Virus record (IMG/VR): IMGVR_UViG_3300010218_000003
Span: 2,124-66,123 of that record
Length of the DNA: 64,000 bases
Reading direction: 5' to 3' (one strand)
Origin: a virus
Taxonomy: Duplodnaviria; Heunggongvirae; Uroviricota; Caudoviricetes
The position numbers were made by a program, and so were the translations under genes. Shown piece after piece: positions 36,661 to 45,105 of this stretch (position 1 is its first letter; each line of letters starts with the position of its first letter). A model generated the notes under the pieces. It saw only the letters and a program-made list of their open reading frames with translations. It made no database searches and was not told the DNA's origin.

Positions 36661-36966
36661 TCAAGCTGGAGGCCAAGGATTCTCAGGAACAACTGATGGA
36701 TCTTGCCCAAGAGTTCTTCCCAGGATACTTGGTGCAACATTTCCATCGACTGATCCTGGATGGTATTCACCAATCTTGTTTGTACCAGCGTCAAGGAATA
36801 TTTCAGCCTCAAACGTTTCTGTTGGAATATCTCCAGGAAGAGTTTCGTATTCAGGAGTTTCGTCTAGGGGCAAAGCAAACTGGATACGAATATTCTTTGT
36901 GTCAGAATCGTAATAGAACTCTGAGATTTTATAGAAAGTCATTTTCACCTCTCTTTCATTAGCCAT
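36661..36966 (-). CDS. hypothetical protein
   Basis: 101 aa. Confidence 0.5.
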   Translation of the reverse strand: MANEREVKMTFYKISEFYYDSDTKNIRIQFALPLDETPEYETLPGDIPTETFEAEIFLDAGTNKIGEYHPGSVDGNVAPSILGRTLGQDPSVVPENPWPPA

Positions 36967-36995
36967 TATATATGACTAATGATTATGAAAGAGGC

Positions 36996-37181
36996 TTAGT
37001 CACTTTCGACAGTTAGATAGAAGATCTTTCTCTTCTCGTCGTCGTCAGTCACGGTAACCTTCAAGGTTTCGCCGTCATGACTTGCTGATACATAACACTC
37101 TAGACCATCGTTCCAGTCCCCGTCAACATGGCTGGTCAGAACATCTAGGATGCGTTCAGCGTCGATCTTGTCAATTGACAT
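36996..37181 (-). CDS. hypothetical protein
   Basis: 61 aa. Confidence 0.4.
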   Translation of the reverse strand: MSIDKIDAERILDVLTSHVDGDWNDGLECYVSASHDGETLKVTVTDDDEKRKIFYLTVESD

Positions 37182-37189
37182 GTAACTCC

Positions 37190-37729
37190 TCAGTAGCCGC
37201 AGTCGTAGAAGCTTACCTCAAAACCTTCCGGTGTGGCAACAACTTCTGCCGGGTCACCAAATGTCCTATTCATCCAGACATCATGGCGACCACCTTCAAC
37301 ACAACCTGCGAAGTTTGATAGTAGCTCATTGATCTCAGTCGTGTCAACCCCGCCAACCTTGTAGATCTTAGGCTGGTCCCAGTCGATCTGACCGTTTTCC
37401 TTGCGAGGATACTCATACATATCATACTCGCTTAGCCAGACTTCGTCACCATCTTCATAGTGATCACGCTCTGTCTCAAGACCTTCATCACCTAGCTCAA
37501 GGTCAGTTAGACAGACTTCTGGTGAATGACCATCAAAAGTACATGGCTCACCGTCGTTAAAGCCTGGTGTGTACTGAGTCCATCGTACAGCCTTCACACG
37601 AGGATGTGCAAGTAGTGCATCCATTGCGTCAATAAAGAGCTGTGTATTTGCCTGTTCCACCATAGAGGTATTCTCAGGACGATCTCCTGTCACCGGGCGT
37701 CCGGTGAACTTATCTGTTCTATCGCTCAC
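37190..37729 (-). CDS. hypothetical acidic protein
   Basis: 179 aa. Confidence 0.55.
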   Translation of the reverse strand: MSDRTDKFTGRPVTGDRPENTSMVEQANTQLFIDAMDALLAHPRVKAVRWTQYTPGFNDGEPCTFDGHSPEVCLTDLELGDEGLETERDHYEDGDEVWLSEYDMYEYPRKENGQIDWDQPKIYKVGGVDTTEINELLSNFAGCVEGGRHDVWMNRTFGDPAEVVATPEGFEVSFYDCGY

Positions 37730-38118
37730 TTAGCATCCTTAACTACGTTGTTTAGAACGTCCTCGCGTCCTAGAAACTTCTTGATCTTTCCGCCCATCCA
37801 GGTCTTCAAAGTCATGCACTCCAGCCAGTCAGCAAGGCTAGGGATACGCCCTAGATCCTCGAAAACGTGCTGCTCTGCAATTTCCCTAACAGGAACCTGA
37901 TGGGAGCCCATGCCGTTTTTCTTCATTACTGTGAGGGTCGGTCCAAAGACTCGTTCAGCTTCCCAACATCCTTCTGTGTGATGACGCAAAGCGCGGTGAC
38001 GAGCGTCACCAAAATGAGCCTTTGATCCATCAATCCACTCATGGATGTGAAGATAATCTTCTGGCTTTCCACCCCACTTTCGTGAGCTGCTTACAGCATG
38101 AAACCAGCTATTAGACAT
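37726..38118 (-). CDS. hypothetical protein
   Basis: 130 aa. Confidence 0.55.
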   Translation of the reverse strand: MSNSWFHAVSSSRKWGGKPEDYLHIHEWIDGSKAHFGDARHRALRHHTEGCWEAERVFGPTLTVMKKNGMGSHQVPVREIAEQHVFEDLGRIPSLADWLECMTLKTWMGGKIKKFLGREDVLNNVVKDAK

Positions 38119-38357
38119 CAGTCCTCCAGCTTATAGAACTTTCGGTATTGCCACGGAGTGGCTACCGTTCTTCTACCGTACTTTGATTTGGGTCCGTTGT
38201 CAACACGAACTGAAATGACTCCGGAGTCCTGGCTGATCTTAACTATTGTTCCTGAGTCTAGCATGCCTCCCTTGGAGTTTCCTCCTTGAGGCCGCGCGAA
38301 AATGACACGATCGCCCACATTAAGTGGACGACCAGTCATGTCAGTAAACGTTTGCAT
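38118..38357 (-). CDS. small KOW-like protein
   Basis: 79 aa; NVGDRVIF...GTIVKI. Confidence 0.5.
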   Translation of the reverse strand: MQTFTDMTGRPLNVGDRVIFARPQGGNSKGGMLDSGTIVKISQDSGVISVRVDNGPKSKYGRRTVATPWQYRKFYKLED

Positions 38358-38658
38358 ATCCTCTGTTTACGACCTTTGAAATTGTAGTTGCTGATACACC
38401 ATATTGACTTGCTATCTCGGTGTAAGGAGTATTCCATTCTGCAAGAAGCCTGACCTCAGTTACCTGAGCATCTGTTAGCTTCCTTAGCTGAACTGTCTTT
38501 GAGCGAAGCTCTCGACCCTCGTTAAAGTCGTTCTTTTTCCGTCTGGCCATCGAGAGCCTGCAATCACGACACCACTTGTAGAACTTGGCAGGATTAGTGA
38601 TCTGTCTGCCAAACTCATCAAGTTCCTTGTCCTTACCGCAGATTGGGCATTCCTTCAT
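38341..38658 (-). CDS. zinc-ribbon + helix-turn-helix DNA-binding protein
   Basis: CPICGK...CRDC; C-terminal HTH YGVSATTISKVV. Confidence 0.55.
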   Translation of the reverse strand: MKECPICGKDKELDEFGRQITNPAKFYKWCRDCRLSMARRKKNDFNEGRELRSKTVQLRKLTDAQVTEVRLLAEWNTPYTEIASQYGVSATTISKVVNRGYANVY

Positions 38659-39004
38659 TTGGCACCTTTACTACGATTGCTGACCATTCATCTCCGTCCC
38701 ACTCTACATCAAGACCAAGGCTTCTGGCAACCTCTGCGAACTTCTCGCCGCCGCCGTTTCCATGGTAAATGTAGATGTGAGGCACAGGAGATCGGCTGTC
38801 TGCATAGACAACTGAATCTCCATCAAACCGAAGCCGAGAACCCTGACCAGCGTATGTGTAAACATACGGATCGTTATTGGATTGCATTCCCAGCTTTTCC
38901 TTGTTGATGCAGCCTCTGCAACACTCAACAACCTGCATCTTGGCAGTTACGCCAACCTTGCGAGTATTGCTGAAAGCCTTCTTGAAACTCTGTTCAAATG
39001 TCAC
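38633..39004 (-). CDS. hypothetical protein
   Basis: 123 aa. Confidence 0.5.
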   Translation of the reverse strand: MTFEQSFKKAFSNTRKVGVTAKMQVVECCRGCINKEKLGMQSNNDPYVYTYAGQGSRLRFDGDSVVYADSRSPVPHIYIYHGNGGGEKFAEVARSLGLDVEWDGDEWSAIVVKVPNEGMPNLR

Positions 39005-39213
39005 TTAAGCCTCCGCTTAGTGCTTTCTACCGCTGACTCGAATCGCTCCATAGAAGGAGTGTCACCAAAAACCTCAAAGAAGTGAGACTTCTTGATAATT
39101 CCTGTCGTTGTGCGCTTGCTCACTCGAAGCTGATACTTGATCGCAAGCATGGCGACTTCATCAGCAAGCTTCATGGAACCAGAGAATCGATACGTACGAG
39201 TCTCGTAATTCAT
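39001..39213 (-). CDS. hypothetical protein
   Basis: 70 aa. Confidence 0.45.
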   Translation of the reverse strand: MNYETRTYRFSGSMKLADEVAMLAIKYQLRVSKRTTTGIIKKSHFFEVFGDTPSMERFESAVESTKRRLK

Positions 39214-39395
39214 TGCTCCCCCAGTTTAGAGTAGAGTTCTTTGATGTAGGGACACATATGCCCTACGTTGACATTGTACTTAGTCTTACAATGACCACAA
39301 GTAGACTCTTTGATCGCCGGGCGCTCCTTGACAGATCTATTGAAGATCATGCGGAACAGGCTGGAGAGCGTTACTCCTGGCTCGTCCTCGTTCAT
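39210..39395 (-). CDS. small zinc-binding protein
   Basis: 61 aa; CGHC...H.C. Confidence 0.4.
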   Translation of the reverse strand: MNEDEPGVTLSSLFRMIFNRSVKERPAIKESTCGHCKTKYNVNVGHMCPYIKELYSKLGEQ

Positions 39396-39579
39396 GTCTC
39401 TAAGCTATCGCATCCTGCCGAGTCTGTCAACGTATGAAGTTGACGTACACCAGAATGATGAGAGTGGCAGAAGCAATAACCATCTGGAACAGGCTCGTCA
39501 CAGTCCTTACAAGTTCTGCCTTGGATCTTGCAAGCTTTAGTTCTTTTCTTTCTTCTTTACTTATCATCTATCTAGTATA

Positions 39580-39606
39580 GCAAAAAACCCCTCCGAAGAG
39601 GGGTTC
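39580..39606 (-). terminator. rho-independent terminator after rsr
   Basis: AACCCCTC-TTCG-GAGGGGTT hairpin followed by TTTTTT on minus strand. Confidence 0.7.
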
Positions 39607-39610
39607 TTGC

Positions 39611-41239
39611 TCAGATTCGACCTGCGGAGAAGTTGGCTAGGACACGTGGAGCGTTGCTATCAAAGCCAACGAAGTCCATCATTCCACTATCGCTTGGGTC
39701 AGCAATAGTGAATGGCGTTGAAGCGACTCCTAGAACAGCAAGTCGTGCATCAATACCCATGTCCTTACGGTACTTCTTTAGAGCCTGGAATGGGTGAATC
39801 TTGCCAGCCCACGTCTCGTTATCAGTGATAACGACGAAGGTGTCAACCTCAATTCCATTCTCAAGAGCCCACGTCATTGGCAGTGAGCAGTCTGTACCGC
39901 CCCAGTTTACTGAACGCATTGCACTCATTGCCTGAGCAAGAGAGCTGCGACCAGTAATCTTTAGTTCGGTCATACCGCTGTCACGCCAGTTGTACCCCAC
40001 GCTGGAGAAGCCGCGAAGAATGTGAGCTGGCTCTGTACGCGCAATGGTCATCGCCATAGCACCAGCAACTTGTGCACAGCTTAGGTCGAGACCCATAGCC
40101 ATAGCACTCATTGATCCGGAACAGTCGATGGCTAGCATCGTCCTCTTACCGGCTGGCTCAATGGTCTTGAATGACTTGTGGAACGCCTCATCGATTGCAT
40201 CGACAATAACGGCCTCAGTCTCCCAGTTCTTTACACGTCCGCCGTAGTAGTTCTTTCGATCCACCTGGCCTTCTGCGTAAACAACAGCAGCGTTGAGGAA
40301 GTTAATTGGGTGCAGTCGAGACTGACGAATCAACTGTTCATTCGTTAGCTGACCAGCGAAGCTTGCAGCAAACTGCATGTCCTTGAAAGCACCAATACGC
40401 GCGAGGCGAGTGATGTTTCGAACAGCAGCCTGACCACGAAGCTGACCATTAGCGAAGAGCCGCTTCCAGACACTAGCATCCGTGAGGAACTGTGTTGGAA
40501 TTGTCTCCCAAGAAAGCATCTCGTAATCCCGCAGAACTGCGTGAACAGCCTCTACGGACTCCGCCTTCTGCATAAGCTTGAAGCCCTCGATAACCCGAAG
40601 GTCATCTACAGCGTCATGCTCCTTGCCTAGGACGAAATCAGCAACAGACGTGTTAACGTTCTGTGGGTGAGCCTTTCGCATTACGTCTCGCAGCGTCCAG
40701 GTGTTTCCACCGAACTTACGTGAACGATACTTGACTGCCTGGTAAGCGAGCTTATCAGCGTCCTTATCGAACCAGCTAGCTACGATCTCACGCTTTGCGC
40801 GACCCCATCCGCCAAGCTCGTTAAGATAGTTAACTACCTCGTAGAGGTGAGTAGCAGTCCTAACGACCTTGTTGAATACAGCCTTGACCGCCTGCTTATC
40901 CTTGCCGTTGACAATGACAGAGGCTAGAGCGAACAGGGCTGGACTCTGCTTATACGCACGACCATTGACAGATACATCAACGATTGTGTTCAGTACAGAG
41001 GCTTCGTCACGAGCAATGAACTCATTGAGGAAGCTTACGTTGCTCTGGGTGTGGTTAACCTCAGATACGTAATACGTTCCTCCGTCAGTTCCCAGAATCA
41101 GGAAGCGCTCAAGGCGAGACTGATCAGAAACCTGGAAGACGAATCCACCAGCGTTGTTCTTGACCTGCCCGTCCTTAGCCTTCATGGACTGAGAAGTCTT
41201 GTTGGTTGCCTTTGCGGCATTAGTTAGTGCGTTGGACAT
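39611..41239 (-). CDS. rsr: Ro60/Rsr ortholog (TROVE domain + C-terminal vWA/MIDAS)
   Basis: 542 aa; N-terminal TROVE-like region; C-terminal DCSGSMS MIDAS, same TROVE+vWA architecture as Ro60. Confidence 0.75.
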   Translation of the reverse strand: MSNALTNAAKATNKTSQSMKAKDGQVKNNAGGFVFQVSDQSRLERFLILGTDGGTYYVSEVNHTQSNVSFLNEFIARDEASVLNTIVDVSVNGRAYKQSPALFALASVIVNGKDKQAVKAVFNKVVRTATHLYEVVNYLNELGGWGRAKREIVASWFDKDADKLAYQAVKYRSRKFGGNTWTLRDVMRKAHPQNVNTSVADFVLGKEHDAVDDLRVIEGFKLMQKAESVEAVHAVLRDYEMLSWETIPTQFLTDASVWKRLFANGQLRGQAAVRNITRLARIGAFKDMQFAASFAGQLTNEQLIRQSRLHPINFLNAAVVYAEGQVDRKNYYGGRVKNWETEAVIVDAIDEAFHKSFKTIEPAGKRTMLAIDCSGSMSAMAMGLDLSCAQVAGAMAMTIARTEPAHILRGFSSVGYNWRDSGMTELKITGRSSLAQAMSAMRSVNWGGTDCSLPMTWALENGIEVDTFVVITDNETWAGKIHPFQALKKYRKDMGIDARLAVLGVASTPFTIADPSDSGMMDFVGFDSNAPRVLANFSAGRI

Positions 41240-41275
41240 TTCTTTCCTTTCCGGCCCTTTTAGGGCATTTAATTC

Positions 41276-41611
41276 TTAGAGAGTCTTTACGTCATTCCAC
41301 TCAACAGTGGTAACGACCTTCTCTACTCGTTCTAGCAGATAGACATCATCGTCTTCGTACATATTCTCTTGCATCTCTGTCTTACCGCTATCCCAGCGTA
41401 CTCCGACAAAGACACCTTCGTCAACCTCAACGATGTCTAGCATGTGATCCATCCAGCGAGAAGTAGCCTCTTCGACTGTCTCTACATGCTTTAGCTTGAA
41501 CTCATCTTCACCGAGTTCTTCGTTGATTTCATCAACGATATCTTCTGCCCAATAGCTCTGACCAGATGACCACAGCTCCTTGAAACGTGCAATGCGCGCT
41601 TCGGTGTCCAA
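41276..41611 (-). CDS. hypothetical acidic protein
   Basis: 111 aa. Confidence 0.5.
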   Translation of the reverse strand: MDTEARIARFKELWSSGQSYWAEDIVDEINEELGEDEFKLKHVETVEEATSRWMDHMLDIVEVDEGVFVGVRWDSGKTEMQENMYEDDDVYLLERVEKVVTTVEWNDVKTL

Positions 41612-41639
41612 CCTTTGATCCTTTCGTAGACATGAAAAG

Positions 41640-41712
41640 ATCGGGCAAGTTGGTAGGAATCGACCTTATATTTGCAGTGTAAGATAACCGATTCCATTCG
41701 GCCCGATATAAA
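41640..41712 (-). ncRNA. structured element A: nested stems ATCGGGC/GCCCGAT and GGAATCG/CGATTCC, 26-nt apical loop; carries GGGCCGAATGG...CGGTTATC core
   Basis: perfect 7-bp outer and inner stems on minus strand; member of 4-copy family. Confidence 0.35.
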
Positions 41713-41759
41713 GTTGTATGGGTAAGTTGTTGACATCGACCGTAAACCTAGCGCCAAAG

Positions 41760-41830
41760 CAATCCACGGATTCGAACCGTGTTTCGGTCTGTTTCATAGA
41801 CAGATAACCGATAGTCATTCGACCCAAAAG
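41760..41830 (-). ncRNA. tRNA-like element B: GGGTCGAATG core, D-loop-like CGGTTATC, GTCT-ATGAAAC-AGAC hairpin, perfect T-arm CACGG-TTCGAAT-CCGTG, no acceptor pairing
   Basis: immediately 3' of tRNA-Asp on minus strand. Confidence 0.35.
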
Positions 41831-41901
41831 TCCCGACGAAGGGAATCGAACCCTCGATAATACGCTGACAACGTATCGTGTTTCCATTACACTACGCCGG
41901 G
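41831..41901 (-). tRNA. tRNA-Asp (anticodon GTC)
   Basis: acceptor CCCGGCG/CGTCGGG, D GTGT/ACAC, perfect stem ATACG/CGTAT, loop TTGTCAG. Confidence 0.85.
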
Positions 41902-41920
41902 CTAGCCCCGAAGGGCAATA

Positions 41921-42145
41921 TTAGTTCTTGAGCTTCCTCTGAATTTCAGCCTCAGAAATAGGCTTTGAACTGCTCACTGAGAGCTTAGTGCCTCGCGGCA
42001 CGCCGTAATACTGAGACTTTGATTCGAATTCCTTCTTTGCAAACTTCTCTGCTGCTGAGGCGGAAGATGCAACATAAAGATTGGCGAACTCGTGTGTCTT
42101 GTTGCCGACCTTATATGATCCAAGAACCTCAAATGTCTTTGCCAT
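41921..42145 (-). CDS. hypothetical protein
   Basis: 74 aa. Confidence 0.45.
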   Translation of the reverse strand: MAKTFEVLGSYKVGNKTHEFANLYVASSASAAEKFAKKEFESKSQYYGVPRGTKLSVSSSKPISEAEIQRKLKN

Positions 42146-42375
42146 CAGGCTCCTTCTGTCGCCTTTAGATTACGAAGATTCTTATAACCGTCCTGCGGAC
42201 GCTCTCTGATCATTTCCTTGAAGAACTTGTAAGCCTGCCTCAAAGCATCAGCCTTATCCTTTGCAAGGAAGCTCATGTTGAAGTTCAGAACGACATACTT
42301 CTTGTTATTGCGAGCATCACGAGCATCGTACTTTCCCGTGACATTCCAATTGGGCTTCTTGCCAGCTAGAGACAT
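42145..42375 (-). CDS. hypothetical basic protein
   Basis: 76 aa. Confidence 0.45.
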   Translation of the reverse strand: MSLAGKKPNWNVTGKYDARDARNNKKYVVLNFNMSFLAKDKADALRQAYKFFKEMIRERPQDGYKNLRNLKATEGA

Positions 42376-42566
42376 TACTCTACCACGATCTCCATAAAGT
42401 CGGGACGAGCTAGTTCCTTTAGCTCAGCGGCAAATTCCTCAGACGCCAGTTCATGTGTCCAAACTGGACGACCAGCAAGCTCCTCAATATACTCATGCAT
42501 ATCTGAGAAGTCACCGACAAGGATTCCAGTAAACACTGCTACGATAGCAGCTTCGCGCTTGGTCAT
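42375..42566 (-). CDS. hypothetical protein
   Basis: 63 aa. Confidence 0.4.
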   Translation of the reverse strand: MTKREAAIVAVFTGILVGDFSDMHEYIEELAGRPVWTHELASEEFAAELKELARPDFMEIVVE

Positions 42567-42597
42567 TAAACCTCGCTATTATCTTGTTGTTTTGAAG

Positions 42598-42674
42598 CGA
42601 CCCCTACGGGAATCGAACCCGCCTGATGTCTGCCTTGACAGGGCAGTGACCACAACCTAGCAGTCCCAGAGGCC
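42598..42674 (-). tRNA. tRNA-Asp (anticodon GTC), second copy
   Basis: acceptor GGCCTCT/AGGGGTC (GU pairs), perfect stem CTGCC/GGCAG, loop CTGTCAA. Confidence 0.7.
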
Positions 42675-42739
42675 AAACGGTGGCGGGCCGATTCGGATTT
42701 TGTAACCCTTACGACTGACCACCTATAACTACAGTAGCA

Positions 42740-42904
42740 TCAAGGTGAGGGCTTGTCAAACGGCCCGTACTCTCGTACTTCACCGTCCTCGAACTCAACC
42801 GTTACACCTTCTGCAAATGCTTCACGGATCTTTTCTTGTTCTTCTTCCCACTGTGCCATACCCTTGTCAACCATGTCAAGGAAGGCACCAAAGCCAGTGA
42901 ACAT
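42740..42904 (-). CDS. hypothetical acidic protein (54 aa)
   Basis: manual ORF MFTGFGAFLDMVDKGMAQWEEEQEK... Confidence 0.35.
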   Translation of the reverse strand: MFTGFGAFLDMVDKGMAQWEEEQEKIREAFAEGVTVEFEDGEVREYGPFDKPSP

Positions 42905-42912
42905 CTTAATCC

Positions 42913-43164
42913 TTAAGATCCAACTGGTGCTGACTGATAGCCTGCCCAGTAATCGTCATCTTCTAGCCATACTACACGAGTGTTGCCGTTGTGTCCATGA
43001 ATCGCTTCCAGAGTCTCAATGTCTGGATACAAGGCGACTGATGTCCACTGAGACAACCATGACATGGCACACTGCCCGTTGTCAAATTCTACGCCCTGAG
43101 CGACGATGCCTGTACCGCTGACTCCTGATGAGTCGATGTCTCTATGTAGTTCGAACAGTCTCAT
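42913..43164 (-). CDS. hypothetical protein
   Basis: 83 aa. Confidence 0.5.
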   Translation of the reverse strand: MRLFELHRDIDSSGVSGTGIVAQGVEFDNGQCAMSWLSQWTSVALYPDIETLEAIHGHNGNTRVVWLEDDDYWAGYQSAPVGS

Positions 43165-43350
43165 ATATACTATCCTATATTATTATCTAGTATCGATTTC
43201 CAAACCGATTTCACTTACTCTTTTTCTTTTCTCTTCCCAGTATAATTTACCTTAACAGGTCTCTGTCGTTCTGTCAACTCCCTCCTTGTATCCTTTAGAT
43301 ATATGGAGAACCGCAAAGACGTAACCCCTCCGCACCGGGCCGCCGCGCCC

Positions 43351-43490
43351 GTGACAAATGAAAAAAGTGTCACGTGACAGAGTGACACCGTGACATTCTT
43401 CAATGCGTGACAACGTGACAGAGGCCGTGACAGAAGTGTCACTGTCACCATGACATGTCACCTCGATGTCATGACAGTCGTGACATGACA
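43351..43490. repeat. dense array of GTGACA/TGTCAC hexamers (at least 8 direct + 3 inverted in 140 bp), several at 8-bp spacing
   Basis: copies at 43351,43374,43382,43390,43407,43415,43427,43480 and inverted at 43437,43443,43456. Confidence 0.75.
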
Positions 43491-43500
43491 AAAGCCACCC

Positions 43501-43893
43501 TCAGATGTAGAGGATGGCTAGTGTATTGATAGCAATATGAATAGTGTTGTCAGCGATGATCATCAGCCACGTGGTAAGCCACACTGGTGCGTCATCTCTG
43601 TACCCCGTCTTGCTACCTTCGGCCCAGGAGTACCTAAACTCGCGCGGAGCCAATTGGTTTTTTGCCCAGACTACATGACGAGCCAGGCGATAATGGTCAA
43701 TTACGATATGCGTTCCGATGATGACTAGCAAGGCTAGCCATGACTGCGTGACAAAAAGAAATGGAGCACCATATGTCACTCCGTGAAGAATGGCCGGTGC
43801 CCATCTCTTTGTCTTCAATTGAGCCATCCAATCCGTCTGGATTAGATAGTCACCAACAAAGTGCAGTAGAACGCCGATGAGTACGGCATTCAC
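43501..43893 (-). CDS. integral membrane protein
   Basis: 130 aa, multiple TM. Confidence 0.55.
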   Translation of the reverse strand: MNAVLIGVLLHFVGDYLIQTDWMAQLKTKRWAPAILHGVTYGAPFLFVTQSWLALLVIIGTHIVIDHYRLARHVVWAKNQLAPREFRYSWAEGSKTGYRDDAPVWLTTWLMIIADNTIHIAINTLAILYI

Positions 43894-44078
43894 TTCTTCT
43901 TACGTCGTTCCTTTCCCTGCCATAGTTCAACCTGCTCCCAACGCTGAATGTCAGTCCAGCACTGGCACTTTCGAGGATTCTCGGTCTGACAGATTGAACA
44001 CCAGAACTCGATCTTGTTCTTTTCAAGGAACTCGATGAAGTCCTTCTTGTTATTTCCCTTTGGGAATTCCTTAGCCAT
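43890..44078 (-). CDS. zinc-binding protein
   Basis: 62 aa; CSIC...C.C. Confidence 0.45.
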   Translation of the reverse strand: MAKEFPKGNNKKDFIEFLEKNKIEFWCSICQTENPRKCQCWTDIQRWEQVELWQGKERRKKK

Positions 44079-44226
44079 TCCTGTCCTTTGGTGGAAGTGA
44101 TGGTAGAAACCTCTTGCAGTCGTAGCAATAGGCTCTGTTGAATCCGGCTGCTATAATCTCGTCTCCGTAGATCTTTCTTACATTGACGTGATAGCAGTCC
44201 TTCTGCTTCTTTCCTTTTCCTAGCAT
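44071..44226 (-). CDS. small Cys-rich protein (51 aa)
   Basis: manual ORF MLGKGKKQKDCYH...; ATGGCTAA coupling to downstream gene. Confidence 0.4.
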   Translation of the reverse strand: MLGKGKKQKDCYHVNVRKIYGDEIIAAGFNRAYCYDCKRFLPSLPPKDRNG

Positions 44227-44378
44227 ACTGCTCCTATGAAAAAGTCCGGCACATTACGCGCCGGACAATTGGTATGCAGGTGGCCCTACCTAAAAGGTTT
44301 TCTCAGCCATCGCCTAGGTTCAGTCTATATGGCCACTCAGACTCATCCATCATAAGCTATCGTTTCAAGACCTGCAAG

Positions 44379-44466
44379 CGGAGGCGGAGAGATTCGAACT
44401 CTCGCGGCGTATCCCTACACCGTAGGCCGTTCAAAGACCTTCCACACTGCCAACGTTAACGCCTCC
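44379..44466 (-). tRNA. tRNA-Ser (anticodon TGA), long variable arm
   Basis: acceptor GGAGGCG/CGCCTCC, loop TTTGAAC, T-arm GAGAG-TTCGAAT-CTCTC. Confidence 0.85.
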
Positions 44467-44475
44467 ATAAAGCTG

Positions 44476-44700
44476 TCAGCTATCACTGACAACTTCAAGA
44501 TCAGTTTCATTGAAGCCACCCATGACACCAAAGATCTTGTCATTGAGTGATCTGTCGAAGAACTTGATCTCATATTCTCCAGCACCAGCTATCTTGAGCA
44601 TTCTGCTGCGAAGATGAACGGTGCCTTCCTTCCCATAATACTCAGGAAGGATCTTTGGGTTTCCGTGCTTTACCTTTACCCTAGTTCCACACAGTATCAT
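44476..44700 (-). CDS. small KOW-like protein
   Basis: 74 aa; GTRVKVKHG...GKEGTV. Confidence 0.5.
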   Translation of the reverse strand: MILCGTRVKVKHGNPKILPEYYGKEGTVHLRSRMLKIAGAGEYEIKFFDRSLNDKIFGVMGGFNETDLEVVSDS

Positions 44701-44711
44701 TTTACCTCCAG

Positions 44712-44796
44712 CGGAGAGCCCCAGGATCGAACTGGGCCGGGCTGCAACACCCTTAGCGCCTTTCCAAGACGCCCGCTAACCAATCGCTTACTCTCC
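44712..44796 (-). tRNA. tRNA-Ser (anticodon GGA), long variable arm
   Basis: acceptor GGAGAGT/GCTCTCC, stem GCGTC/GGCGC, loop TTGGAAA, T-arm CCCAG-TTCGATC-CTGGG. Confidence 0.8.
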
Positions 44797-44824
44797 AATA
44801 GCCTGAGTGTATCAGGCCCCGTGC

Positions 44825-45004
44825 TTACTTGTCAAGCTTGATCTGCTTAAGAACGACAAGCATAACCTGTCCCTCCCAAGCGCCTTCCTTCATCAGAACC
44901 TTGACAAGAGTAGGATTAGTTCCGAGTTCCCAGATCTCACCCTTCTTCTTGTCAGAGCCAACAATGACCTTGGTGCCGACTTCCAGCTTATCCTTGTTGT
45001 CCAT
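44825..45004 (-). CDS. small KOW-like protein (59 aa)
   Basis: manual ORF MDNKDKLEVGTKVIVGSDKKKGEI... Confidence 0.45.
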   Translation of the reverse strand: MDNKDKLEVGTKVIVGSDKKKGEIWELGTNPTLVKVLMKEGAWEGQVMLVVLKQIKLDK

Positions 45005-45023
45005 TTTGCCTCCAAATAGGGAG

Positions 45024-45097
45024 TGCTCCCAGTCGGACTCGAACCGACACTTTAAACGGGTTTAAGCCGTTCGCCTCTGCCTTTGGGCCACAGGAGC
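45024..45097 (-). tRNA. tRNA with anticodon TAA (Leu codon UUA) but short variable arm (class I)
   Basis: acceptor GCTCCTG/TGGGAGC, perfect stem AACGG/CCGTT, loop CTTAAAC, T-arm GTCGG-TTCGAGT-CCGAC, A73. Confidence 0.7.
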
Positions 45098-45105
45098 TTA
45101 GGCCA

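Noticed and set aside
43351-43490. Possible CRISPR array
   Set aside because: Repeat units are only 6 bp with no spacers of defined length and no cas genes. The pattern fits a binding-site array, not CRISPR.
43215-43491. Minus-strand ORFs 43215..43451 and 43252..43491 (Thr/Val/His/Cys-rich)
   Set aside because: They lie entirely within the GTGACA hexamer array. The composition is a repeat artefact and the region looks regulatory.
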